DNA of 64,000 bases. Origin: Acanthaster planci. Its lineage: Eukaryota. A program made the translations under genes and the position numbers. Each line of letters begins with the position of its first letter. The first letter of the stretch is position 1. Below are positions 1 through 13,500 of the stretch, piece after piece. The notes beneath the pieces were generated by a model. It had not been told where the DNA came from and searched no databases. It was given only the letters and a program-made list of their open reading frames with translations. The stretch spans positions 2,007,107 through 2,071,106 of the forward strand of contig NW_019091355.1 in NCBI RefSeq assembly GCF_001949145.1, given 5' to 3'.

Positions 1-3000
1 AATAATTCTGACTACTCCTGCTAAGATTATGTATAGAGATGTCTGGGAAATCTGTGGTCAGGGAACCACACTATTCACACTAACACTAAGTCACCATCTG
101 CTTCATATTGTGATTCAAGCTGTATATTAATGTCCTGGAGACGATCTCACGATGCGCTGGTCTCTAGCGGACCATTCACAAAAGCATGCAGTGTCTATAT
201 GCGCATGCTGACAACTGTTTTCTGAGGGTCTCAATTCAGGCATGCAACATTTCCTCAGCTCCAATCAACTGATTTCCTCGCTTTTCACATCACACTTGTG
301 CCGTTGAAAATTGAAATCATTCTACAAGTTCCATGCCTGCCAATAGGCTGCTGCGATTCATAAAGGATGCGTATAAAGTTTAAGAATGTGCGTGCAAGTC
401 CACTGCCACTGCAGTTGATGGAGTAAATCTGTTCTGGGGGGTCTACACCATATATACTCTATATAAGGGGTGATATTCATGATAAAGATGTATATATTTG
501 CATAATGAGTATCAAATTCATGCAGAATCTTACATCAAAATGAAATTAGTCTACAAATGAAATCTGCATCGTTCCTTCTCTTTTTTCAAAAAATGCTACG
601 ATACATGTAAAACCCTGATGCAGAATTTGTGCCGTAAGCTTGATGGATCTCGCAAAGATGACGTGATCGTGCTGATCGACAGATCGTGCCCAACAGTACT
701 ATCTGTGTGCTGCTGTCTTCTTATCAATCAAACATAGCGATTGTTGGGCATGATCTGTGATCACTTGGCAATCAGGTGATTCTCTTTTACATGATGTGTC
801 GATATTCTGTTCCACTACAACTTTGTCACCTGCCCTAACTGTGTCATGAACACAGCTTGCATGTGAGGACACCGGTCATTACAAATGTGAAGTTTCACCT
901 CGATCCAACTTACATGTACCTGTATGGTTTGTTGTTAGGGCCATTTGAAGTTCAAGGCCACACATGTGTTGGCCAAAATGCATCGAGCAGATCCACTGAA
1001 GATACACTTTTGCTGACCTGTCTTGGAAAATGGGCACAGTGTGTGTTGTGAGAACGGTGTTTGTACTTAAGGAGTACCTACCGGTACATGTACGTCCAGT
1101 TTTCACAAAATTGGTGTCAAAATGATCGCATCATGTTACTGAAAAACTCCTGAAGGCTCAGTGCCTGAAAATACAAGCATTGTGATGTCAGAGAAAGCGT
1201 TGAGTGTTGGATTCTGCTCCCCCCCCCCGCTCGTTTAGAGTTAAAGGACCAACCGATAGTGCAGCACAATCGACTGATTGTGCCGCAACTTTCATGGTCT
1301 CCTATGCACAATAACCTCCTTGGCAGTGATCCTATAACATGTAGCTTGGCCAACATTAGGCTCAGTCTAGTTGAACATTTGCCAACTTGACTCGCAGTCG
1401 TACATACATGCACCAACTTGATCGTTTGCCAACTTCACCATAGTGCCAAATTTTCATGAGGCCACTCCAAGGTCCCCAGCACTGCTACTACTCCTCAAGA
1501 GGTGGATTGAGGAGCCCAAGTGGCATTGTAATGTAGCTCTCGGGCTTGGCCTCAGTATTTCACCAGCTGAGTGTCAGGGTCTTTTTTACCAGTGCCTTAA
1601 TACTAATGTGCAAATGTCAATTAAGTGGCCATAAAAGCACCCATGGTGTCTGAAACTCTCTGCTTTGTACTGTACACACCCGCCATAGAAAAGATGGTAA
1701 TGATGAGCCCCCTTCTTCCACCCATTAGACCAGGAAGAGTGAGTGATTGGTTAAAAAAAAAAGGCTGTCTGTCCACTGGGTACCTCTACCTTTCAGGAAA
1801 AGTACTGTACCCTATGTTGAATGCCCCCTCTCCCGTCAAACCGATGGGGGAGGGGAACATTTTCACTTTTTTGTCATTCCAAGTGGAATGTGCCTTGTAC
1901 AGATGTATGTATGTGGCGGTACATGTACATGTATTTCTGGTTTCAGGCCTGTTCTGTCATCATAAAGTCTGTACATGATGTCTCGTACTGGTAAGCCAAC
2001 ATGTATAATGGTACATTATCCAATTTGGAACCAACTACATGTAACTTGGAATCAGTTCAAGCCAGATCCAATCAACAAGTGATCTGTCTTTGTCAAGTTA
2101 AGCGGCAGGAACTTGAGTGTGAATGGTTCAGTCATGGCTCAGTTGCCTGGTTTTCGAGTTGACTAGGAGAAAGTAGGTTAGTCTCAAGGCAACTTAACTC
2201 TCTGTTTCTGCGTTTCAAAACCCAAACACGTACAGTTTACAGACACACAGTGAGTGGTTGGCCCCATGGGGCATTGTTTCTGGCCAATGAAGTGCCTTCG
2301 TTTGTTCATGTGTGTTGCCCATAGAGGCCATGGCGATGATGTCATGACTCACATGAGCAGTTTTCAATTTATCAATCAGGACAAACCATCTCAACCATCT
2401 CACACAAAGATACTGCCAGTACCACTGAGTGTGCGCTTGAAAGGAAAAACGGAAGACAACAATTGTACACTGAGTTTCATTCTGCTTTTCCACTAAACAG
2501 AAATTCTCAGCATGAATACTGTTCAGTGTGTATGATCTATGAAGCTTAAAAGAGACCAATAAATAAATAATAAACAAATAAAAGTATGATTATTAAATAA
2601 AATATGGATCTTAAAGAACACACACATCTACACATGTACAGTTATAGTGTGTTTAGCTGTAGCATTGATTCCAAATCATACATTCAGGTTGTCTGACTTC
2701 CAGTAATTCCCTGTCCAAACCTTGTGCTTGCGTACAGTACATGTATTCTGTGGCATTCAGCCCGATATTCCCAACTGAGAATGTCCGCCCATGTAAATCT
2801 GTACTCCATCAGAGGTTAAAAGAGCAACCTGTCTGATGAATTCCCCCCCGAGAATTTAACAGGAGCTGTGCAGATGGATGGTTACATGTAGAACAAGCCT
2901 TTAGCGTGTAGTGACTCATAATTTCATTATCCATTGCTCACGTACATGTACATGTAACACAGTTGGCTAGTGCTCTTTGACATTTCCAACTTTTATGTGT

Positions 3001-4764
3001 ATATATATACAGGTACCGCACATGTACATCAGTCTGGAGTATGACCATATTTGCACGGCGTATTACATTACAAATCTCGCGCAATCTGACCAATCACAAG
3101 GCTTGTTCTAGCGGCCTGCAATGGATTGATTGCAACAGGTGTTTCTGTGTTATGGGGTGCTTTTTCTTAAACGTTGCAGAATATGAAACAAAAACACCAA
3201 CAAAAAATGTCAATTACAATTTAATTAGCCGTGCTAAAAAAACCTGACTACAGGCATAAATTAAAAGTTCTAAAACACATTTGTAGAGAAGGGATTTAAA
3301 ATTCGTCGTTACAACGCATTGCCAACTTGAGATATGTACCGGTAAAGCTGATTTTGGACTAATCGGTAGGGAAGGTGACTATGCCCATATGTGGTAATAC
3401 ATGTACTCTGGACTGTGCATGGCAAGTTCTCTTATAACACTTCCCCCCTAACAAAATTATCCCTTCCCTAACCCGAAGTAAGCCCCCCTCAAGAAAAACA
3501 ATAACTATGATAGCAGTAATCATCATCTCTACTTTTAATCATCTTTTTAAAATTTGTGGTAATACTGAGTCTAAAATGTACCGATAGGCCTTTACGTACT
3601 GTAGGGTATTTGCAGTGTAATTTGTAATTTGCTGAATTCAAGTGACAAATACACTATACATGTACACATTTTTTTAATATAAAAAAGAAACAGAAAACAG
3701 ACTCGAGGCCATTGGTATTAGTTTCTAAGCTTTCAAGTCTTCCATCTTTCGGAATTAGGACGTTACCACTAAACTCAGTTGTGCGTATCAACGTACCAAA
3801 GGTTCCTCTATGTAATATGTAAGGTTAATCCAACAGAACAGTGGGCCTACCAAAAAAAAAAAGAACTGCCTCGGAGCTGAGAACCTCCGCTGTAATAACA
3901 ACAGTATCTTTTTTAATTAAAGGTACGGGAAGAATCCAAATTACTGTTGGCAGATTCCGATGGAATTCGTGTAACACCTGGAGCCATTGCCAATAAAGTC
4001 TCCGCATTTCATGAATTTCAATAAATGACTGTAGGCTGCTACCCGCCCCCCCTTTTGGCACCTTGCCCAGTTGTAATCAATACTCCCCCTCTGAGGGATA
4101 GCGAAACTTCAAATACCAGTATGTGTTCAACTAAGCAGTCTCCGTGTACACGTACACGTACTCGTCCCCACCCATCATTTTTCCTCCCCCCCCTCGAGTG
4201 CCAGCAATGCCAGAATTTCTTTGCTTCATTTGATATGATGAGAGGAGATGGTGTAGACTGCTCCGAGATTGACGTTCAGACTGTGAAGGGACTTAATATA
4301 TGGCAAAGGAGTGAGTAGGAAAATATGTCATTTGGCCGCGCCAGGAGGAATGGATCGGGGGGGGGCTCATGCACGGAGGTGTAAATCTCGTAGACATCTG
4401 TGGAATTTCTGAACAGGTCGTAGAGGTGTTTATTGCAGTGGGGGACATTTACAGTGAGATGTTACCAACTTACCGTATGTTCAATGCAGTATACATGGTC
4501 GTAGAGTCTTAGTGCAAAAAACCTTCCCTTACCTTAGGAAGGATAAATCTAATTATTTTCTTTTCTTGTAGTTTTGTAAACTTATTTCATGAGGTACATG
4601 TACACTCATGCACGTACATTTATACTGTACTTGTACATATACATTTCTGGCGTACAAAAAAAAGTAGCAAGTTAAATTGCATTAAAGGTTTTTGCAATGT
4701 TCAGAAACGTATCCAGTGATTTCAACTGTTCAGACAGGTCTCCTTGAGCCAAATGCTTGGTGTT

Positions 4765-4964
4765 CAGTGGCATAACTAAAGTATATTTTACATGTACTGG
4801 AGAATTTCGGGGGGGGGGGGAATTCAGTTTCTGGAGGGAGGCACTTCATTGGTTTGGTCACAGTGAAAACACTCACCAAGGCAGACTATCCCCAGATTTT
4901 TGTTTCTGGGAGGGGGGTGAGCCTATGCCTGCCCCTTATGTCTCCCCTTTCGTGTACATCACTA
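4765..4964. mobile_element. Degenerate hAT-type MITE with 8-bp TSD
   Basis: Imperfect TIRs (CAGTGGCATAACTAAAG ... CTTTCGTGTACATCACTA) flanked by identical TTGGTGTT at 4757-4764 and 4965-4972. Confidence 0.6.
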
Positions 4965-5140
4965 TTGGTGTTGCCCAATGCACAGTGTGTGTCTACGGGA
5001 TATCACGGCCATTTATACATTGTACATAATTGGAAGGCAATTATTTTTCATGTGTCTCAGCCCACCTAACATCTTGAAAGTTTTAGTTGATCCAACAGTG
5101 TGGAGGAATCTGATTTTTGAAGTCAAGTGCTGCTAAATTT

Positions 5141-5523
5141 ACTGAAAACAAGAGAAATATCAGTCTGAAAAGCCACTGTACTGGCACTTGACAAATCACT
5201 TTTGATTATCTTCAATCACAGACATCTTCACGTTGCAATGACTTATCACAAGAAGCTTCAAGGATTAGTGAATAACGATGAATAATGATCTTGATTTTTA
5301 AAGTTATCTATCAAGTGGTTATAGTTCTCCTGAAATCATTTCCGTCACTTTGAGGTACATGTACTGAAGGGAGGGATAAAATATCGGCCCGAAAAGCCAC
5401 AGAACATGACAAATCATTTTTGCTGATTGTCCCCTTTCATGAACATCTTCATTTGTGTGGTGATTCATCAAATTTCAAGGATTAGGGAATAAGAATGATT
5501 CAGTGTTATTGTCTTGATTGTTA
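5141..5523. repeat. Diverged tandem duplication, period about 220 bp
   Basis: The blocks AAATATC..GAAAAGCCAC..TGACAAATCA..ACATCTTCA..TTCAAGGATTAG.GAATAA..TCTTGATT occur in the same order at about 5141-5300 and 5363-5523. Confidence 0.7.
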
Positions 5524-5699
5524 GCCGGGATATGTCGTGATTTGGCCCCCGGGGGGGAGGGGGGAGGGAGGAGGGAGGGGACGTAGGAGGAGTCCCCCGT
5601 CATGCCCATCTACATGATATGCAGTGAGGTACACATGTACAGTTAAATGACCCACTCACTTTGGGAACATGCTTGGGGGAGTTTTGCGAGGGGAGTTAC

Positions 5700-6019
5700 G
5701 TTGCTCACGTGTACCTGTTGTCGTCGCACGGTCTGCAATGCCAATTTGGTCGTGACGCATCACGAGACATGTACAATGTACACGTGTGCATCATGTGCCT
5801 CTTGTGTCAGGAGAGGAAATCACATTAAGACCAGGCAGTCGCGCTGCTGGCGTTGTTGACAAAAGTGAGCGGAGGGGCTGTTGAAACATTCATGTGACGG
5901 TACGGTCGGCTCGTGGGCAGACGTCTGCTAGGCTGTGTGTGCATGCGGCATTTTATTTACCACGAGGTAGTGAATGTGAGCATTGATTCGCATAGCTCTG
6001 TTTGATGTGTTTTGGCCAG
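5700..6019 (+). promoter_or_regulatory. Candidate promoter and non-coding first exon of RAP1GDS1
   Basis: Locally CpG-rich stretch with CACGTG and TGACGCA motifs ending in a strong donor CCAG|GTAGGT at 6020. The ATG-bearing exon (about 10510-10596) has its own polypyrimidine tract and AG acceptor, so an upstream UTR exon is needed. The assignment is inference. Confidence 0.3.
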
Positions 6020-9000
6020 GTAGGTTGAGCTGATTTTCACGCACATTTTAGTCATGATGAAGCTTGTAACTTAATCCTCTTGCTTTGGCATTCAGCATAC
6101 ACAACGTCTCCAGGGATGACACTGTATCTCATCTGAGACGATTTTTTTTTTAATCATTGTGAGTTGATGTCACCTACTAGCTCCCCGGTGAAGAGTGACC
6201 TACATGTAATGTACATTTACATTTAAGTTGTGCTGGGCAAGTAGCGGTGGATGTGATGAAGATCGACACAAAATAACGTTGAAGTTAGGAGAATGAATTC
6301 AACACCTTGCCACCGTGTACATGTATGTAGTCTACCGTTTATGAACAGACATTTCATGTTTTTGAACTTTTGCTGAGAAGTGCCGCCATCCATTTTTTGT
6401 AAAATCTAACTTCTGTCAGTTTATGTAGGCACACTGTCCAGGGTTCATATCGTGCAGTTGGTATGCTACTGTACATGCACAGGGAAATAATTTTGAGCTT
6501 AGATTGTGGATAGTCCAACTTGTATTTTAAATGCTTACATTGTTTTTCAGTTTGTAATGTGCACATGTTTTATCATACATACATACATACCTGTATTAAC
6601 CAATTTGCCTACTTTCACTAACGACTGCTTCATTCTGCTCAGTCTTTACTCTTGGGGCATACTAGTAATTGCAGGTACATGAGTAAACCTTCCTATATTT
6701 TCTGAAGTTCAACCTCTGCATGGAAAAACCAATGGCTTTTTGTTTGATTAACCCCAATCTGTAAAAATGCTGCTTTCCCAAGTGTAGGATTTTGAAGGAT
6801 TGAGGCTAAGTGTGGCAAACGTGAAGCTAATTTGAAAAGATGCATTGTGTCAAGGTCTTTGGACAAACCTTGTCGTATTGATTCTCAGCCCTGCGTAAAT
6901 TTAGGCTCAGTTTGTACCTAAAAGCATACATTTCTCCAACAGTGTCCACTGGTAAATATAATCATTCATACTGGCCTAAGCAAACTGACAGGAATTGAGG
7001 CTCTTGAAGGATGGGGGATGTGGTCACCCCTTCAAGGAACACATTTGGAATACTGTGGAAGATGTAGGCTGTATCCAGTTTTTACATGCAGGCAGTTGGA
7101 GAATTTTGAAGGACTAAGGTTGAATCCCCTCAAAAATGTCTGTGGAGTTACATGTAGGGTCAACTACATGTACATGTCTGTACAGTCAGGGTACTTTTTC
7201 ATCCCTTAAAAACTCAGAGAATGATAAATTCCAAAAAGTCTTCATCAGCGCACTGCCCTGGCCCGTATCATTACAATTGAATACGTTTCTGTTTGGGTGC
7301 CTGAGGGCGAGTGTTGCAGGGGAGAGTGATATTCCAGGCGCTCTCATTATCGAAGAGAAATTGGAATTTTGCCCCATGATGGTTTGTCTTCCCTTTTCTG
7401 CTGGGCAGCAGAGATTGCCAAGCGAGATAAACCGGAGGGCTGTGGCATGCAAAAGAGCTGCTTTCAGGAGATTCCTCATTTTGGTCTTGTTACCGTACTA
7501 ACAGCTGCTCTGCGTGTACGTGTAGCTCTTTTACCCTTGTGCATATATAAAACGGCACTCGTTCTTTAATTCCGGGGGAATCAAATTTTTCACAGAGCTG
7601 GACATTTTAGGAATCAGTGGAGAGACGATACAAAAGGAAAAAAAAGGCCCATGTGATTTGGCAGGTGCTTGTCCCCAAGGCTGTCTTTGCGATCAATGGC
7701 AAGTGGCCAGTTTAATTAAGCCGCACCTTTTTCCCCCCTTTTCGGTTTGGAAATTAATGAGAGTGTACCAGTAGCCAATGTATTTCCACCAGGTATCGGT
7801 ATACTGTTACGTGTACCTCAAAACCTTTGCAATAGAAGCAACTGTAATTATACCTCCTTTTCCCAGGAAGGATAATTTTTCAACAAGGGCTGCGTTGTTT
7901 ACAAAGAATGTGGTGGAGTGATGCAGTGACATTTTGCAGAACACCAATGAAGAAAAAACTGCAACTTTCCTGGTACCTGTCCTTCTATGCTCTGAGTTTT
8001 CATATCTTAATTATAGATGTCATGGATGTTGTAATCGACCTCTTACTTAATGATAAGCCTCAACAAAGCTTCATCATTAGCATCAAATTCCTTAAACCCA
8101 GACTGTTTGTTTTAAGTATTTTGTCCTTCAATCTCCTAATGTTTCCTAATGGTTCCATAATCCCCTGAGCCTTTGGGAATTTGTTTGTCCAGCTTTAAGT
8201 GGTCTGGGATGTAATTAATTTGCGAGTTATTATTACTGGTGCATTCCATCCCTGCTTGGTTTAACTTACTGGACCCACTGCAGGCATCGATTACCCACAT
8301 ACATGTACTTGTATTGATCGTCTGTGCTTGTAAGACGTCTGGATTTTCATGGTCACGTTGTGTAAAAAGTTGATTGGGGAGGAGGGAGGGATTAAATTTA
8401 AAAAATCTGCAGGTATCCAGTTGCTGCTTGTTTTGAGAATGTACTGCCGACATGTAGATGTCTTTTAAATCCACTGTATCCCTTTAACTCTTCCCAAATG
8501 TGGACAACAATGAAGTTACACTCCTGCCAACAGTGAAACTCTGTAATTTTGGATGGGACACTTGCTGTCAGAGCAAAGGACCTGTTCTGTCTCGGCCATC
8601 TGGATCTCAATCAGTGACCCCAACACTTGTTCGCACCACCCATCTGGCGAGTTTTGGTGTCTGTCAACCCACAACAGATCACTGATCATGATCCTGATCT
8701 ATGTGAAACAAACAAGGCCAACTAATCTGCACCACTAAGGCTCCTGGCGCGCGGGTAATGGCAGATACTACAAGCTATGAGCCAGCTATCACTTGCGGCT
8801 ATTTTACAAAATCCATTTGACAGTTCTGATGAATAGCCATCATTAAGGGCTCTTCTTTCTGAGTATACAATATGAGCAATTATACCACCACACAGTCATG
8901 AAATTTCAAGTTTTCTAGCCACAATAGCAACTACTATACATGTAAGTTGTGGGTTCCCTTGAATCACAGAGGTAGATAAGCACATGGACCTGAAAGGTTT

Positions 9001-9533
9001 CGGTACCCGGTTACATGCACATGTAATGGTACATGCATATTCCTGACTGAAAGTGATACATTTGTTCAGTGCATGTACCTACGTACGTGCAGTTTTGTTC
9101 TTTTCTTTTGTACAACAGAAATTTCTGACAGTTTTGCAACAATTCTGCAACAACTAACAAAACACATACATGTACATGTACACAACTGTTAGTTTTCAAG
9201 AATGAAAGGAAAATATTCCTTCTTTCCAAGAGTGCCTTTCAAATATTACCAGTTTATAAAAGTGGATGTAGCTGCATAGCACAGATCACTTTGCCAGAGA
9301 AACAATACATGGAGAGACATGGAGAGCAACACAGCACTTCAGGTGTGGTAATCATTATAATTCTGTGGAAACAGGGACGCTGTTTCCATGAAACTTGTAG
9401 AAGGACATGTACACTGTACATGTATCGCATTTATTCCTTAGACGACCTGAATGTTGGCTGATAAATGGATGTGGGGGTTGCCCATGGCAACCCGGCAACA
9501 GTTCATTTCACACTCTATTGACTATGTCAGTAT

Positions 9534-9858
9534 CATGGGCGTCAATTGGTGGGGGACAGGGGAACATCCCTCCCACTTTTCCGGGGGGGTGCTAGTATAT
9601 GTTTCAATTCTCCCCCCCCACACACCTTTTTTTTCAAAACATGAAATAAAAATGAACTTTGCAAAATCATATGTTAAAAAACTGGCCTAAGTTGCCAGAA
9701 ATTGTGTCAGATCACGCCACACAGCATCTATACTCCAAAATTTTCCGGGGCCCTTGAGTGGGACCCGGACCTGGACCCCACGCCGCTCAGGGCTTCTCGT
9801 TTCACACTGACATTTGTTCTGATAAGGGCTATGCCCCCTCCCCCGATTGACGCCCTTG
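9534..9858. mobile_element. hAT-type MITE (325 bp) with 8-bp TSD
   Basis: TIRs CATGGGCGTCAATTGGTGGGGG and CCCCCTCCCCCGATTGACGCCCTTG; direct repeat GTCAGTAT at 9526-9533 and 9859-9866. An 8-bp TSD with CA..TG termini is typical of hAT elements. Confidence 0.8.
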
Positions 9859-10592
9859 GTCAGTATCATGAGTCTTCACTGTTCAGCAGGCTGTAAACTA
9901 CATGTAGATCAGAAAGCTCGTATGCATACATGTATGTACCTGTAATTAAGTCAGAATTTCATAAGTGTGTTAAAGGAAGTGTCTGCAAGCTACATGTACA
10001 TGTATTTAAATCAAAGAATGTAGCCTAAAACATGTACTGCTATCTGAAGTTTGGTTGATTGACAAAGCAGAACAATCGTTATGTACAAGAATACATCACC
10101 AGTTCTGCAACGACAGGAAAAGATTGAATGCAGAATTTGGGTTTTTTTTATCATTGATCGATTGAGATACATATATTTAAAGCAGTACTTTATTTTAAAT
10201 TCAGGGGGCTCGTCTCCATGGCGCAGTCTACCGTCAGCAAAAAAATCTTTCCTTGCAAGGGTAGGAAAACCCTGTGCTAACTTTAAATTCAAGCCGGTCT
10301 CTCAGGTTACGTGTAGCAAAAGAACTAGTACCTGTATATTGTATGCTTGATTGTATCCAGCAACTAAGGATGCTATGCTAAAGTAGGATAAGCTTCTGGG
10401 ATCAGTTGAACCCTGGAATTGAGTTAAGGTTATATATTCTAAAAATGTCATTTTTTTTAACGGGCAGTTTGTTTTCATCATTTTTCTTCTGTCCACTCTC
10501 TTTCCGTAGGACTCAGCAGGTGACTTACCAACTGAGGCCTCTTGTACATGTACATGTGAATTTATTTCTCCGAGTTGAAGACAGCTGGCACC

Positions 10593-13500
10593 ATGGGTGA
10601 GTACCGTACTACACGTACATGGACCGGTACATGTACGTGTTTGTCAGCTTCCGCTTGTGAATTTTCATGCTTTACCTGTGTTTGTAATGTCATTCCGGTC
10701 CCTGCTGAAAAAAAAATAAATAAATAAAATTGGGAAGAGTACCAATGTACCTCCAGTTATATGTATGTCCATGTACCTGCATGTAGCAAGTCTGGTCCGA
10801 GCCAATTTGGCTCATCAGGCCGGTGTTACATCTGGTTTCCTTGGCATGAAACGACTGAGAGTACTTCTATTCCCCCCTGGATGGGATGCCAGTCCATCGC
10901 AGGTTGCTTCCCCAGCTAATGCTGGTACCCATTTATACTCCTGGGTGGAGAGAGGCAAGCAGGGGTGAAGAGGCTTGCCAAGGGCCAGCAGCTGGATTCG
11001 AACCTCCAACCCTATGATTGGAAGCCACAAACCCTAACCACATGCCTCCTAATTGCATGTACTGAGCTCATTTTTTGGAGTGCATTCCTCTCTTGGTCAC
11101 CTTTGTCAAATTGTGCACAGTTCATACAAATTCGTACAGATCGTGTACATTTGTACCGGTCCGTGCGTACAGCATTATTTCAGATTCATGGTTTCCCAGT
11201 TGATAAACTTACTCTAGCCATGTACATGTACAGGATGAACGCGAACATGTACATAAACCTAGCCATTATTTCAGTATGCACAAGGACTCTATAAAAGTAT
11301 TTTTGACCAGGTAACGGTACATTGTACCATAATGGTGGCCAATTGGGCCCGACTGTGCCTTCCCCTGGACACATACAGTACAGGCAAACAGCTTTTTATT
11401 TGTCCATTACAGAATGAAATTCTAGCCCTGGTTAACCCCTTTTTAGTTGTCATGATTTTGCTTTTAGCATCACTATACTGTTTATGTAATTTTTCTATCC
11501 ATCTCCCTTCACCCGCTGTGGGTAAAGTTCCCCATGTGTATAAAATATTGTCACATAAATTCTATCGACCACGACACGATGAGTATGTGTGCATCTTCAG
11601 CTTGTGAGGTTGAGTGTACTGTTCAGTGGTTGTCATCACCACCATCATTATCTAACCAGATGAAGCTGAAACGGGCGCCTCAGATGGTCAGCGGGAGCCT
11701 AATCGTCACAAAGTGCTCATCAGCATCATATTTTCCCCGGGGAGGGGGGAGGTTGGAGAGGGTTAAGAGGCTCATTGGGCAAGGCTTCTCTGCTTCTGCA
11801 AATTGACTCGTCTTCCCACGCAGATTCACAGGGCATCCTTTTCACGCATTGGATATCGTCTTACATGGCATGCACACATGCACGCAGCCTCTGCCCACCG
11901 TACGTAGTGCTGCCAGGGCAGACAAACATAATCTAATCATGCATCTGGCTCGTCATTTGTTGCAGCAACATTGTTGGATTTCTCGATGAACTTTACGACT
12001 TCTTTGAATGTAAATTTCTGTTTCTTTGATTTTCTTTTGGGAAAATACTACACTCAGAAATTTACTTACAGTGTACTTACCGTTAAGTACATATACCGTG
12101 AATATAGTTTGAGGAAAACAACTTGCTAATTATTGAAAGGTTCAAATATTACACAGCAAAGATGTCCTGCAGGTGAATCCCATGCACAGTAGTATGACTA
12201 ACATGTAAATTAGAAGATTTCTTCTAAAAGCTGCACGTACACGTACATACATACAGGTATGCTGATTTCATATTGGTCATCCCACAGAACTTACTTTGTT
12301 CTATTGCTTATGCGCTCGTGGAGATGACATCCTCATTAAGCATTCTGTCACAAAGCCTAGCTGAGTTTCCTAGAAGTGGCTGTTATAAAATCCAGTACTG
12401 AGCCAAACTGGGACCAACAACCAACTAAGCACTTGATCTTCAATATGCCACTGTATCAGCCATAAAATATGAGCATGTACAGTGTACATGTAGGCTGAAT
12501 GTTTGCACAAACACTGTGCTCTATCATCATCATCCCTTCATCATTCATCAGTGAAATAGAGGGATACATGATATGTGTGGACAAGGACCATGCACTGAAC
12601 AGGTACATGTAGGGTACTAGGGCAAATTAGGATGACCTTAAAAAAAACAGGCTACACTGATACAGAGACACGCACCTGTACATGTACATGCAACATGAGG
12701 CCGTAAGATCGAAGGGACTAAATTAGAAACGGTTTGGATTTTGGATACATGTTTGCAGCTTGGAAAAACGGGGTGTTGCATTGCCATTTTGTGTGGTTAT
12801 TTGTGTGTAAATGTACCAGTACATGTCCCGGTATGTAGATCATCAGCATATTGATGTGAAATGCCTTTTGCATATCGGTAGTTTGGGGAGGAGATAAAAG
12901 TAACGAGGCAAAATTGTAAATTAATCACCCAGTTTCAATTGGCATATAGTGTATCCTGTATTGCCATTGACACATTTACACGTACTTGTTTTGTACAATG
13001 ATCCTGGTGATAGACCCGTCTGTGTGTACATACATGTACATGCACGTAACTTACATGCACCGGTAGGTTTGAATTTACAATTTACAACAGAAATCTACGG
13101 TAACTGGAAGTTGGTCATCCATGTAATGCACCAGCACATGTCATATTAATGGACACACTGAGTAGCGTTTCAGATGAGAAAAACATACAGGCTCCTCGAG
13201 TCCTTAAAGTCAAATTCAGCAGTCAGTGATACCGGTATGAACCGGTTCATTAACTAATACTACTGGCGTCATCCACTCGGCTATTAAAATGCCGAATACA
13301 GATACAATACATGTACGTAGTGTGACCATGAAATGTATTTTCCTACATGTATACTGGCGCTAAAATTGAAGTTTGTTTAAGAATGTAATTTTTAAAAGCT
13401 TACTACCTGTACATACGTGTACATATACCGCCCCCCCGGTGCATGTACATGTACACGTATGCATGCGCGTACATGTATGTTTCACATCAATTTTGTTCAT

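Noticed and set aside
857..9229. Numerous 60-120 aa ORFs in the first 9 kb
   Set aside because: No recognisable domains or consistent splice-phase chain; many are built from TACATG repeats (VHVHV/TCTC peptides).
10795..10822. CTGATGA plus hairpin in the SINE tail (minus strand) as a hammerhead ribozyme
   Set aside because: It lacks the GAAA core after the stem and is better explained as a LINE-derived 3' tail.
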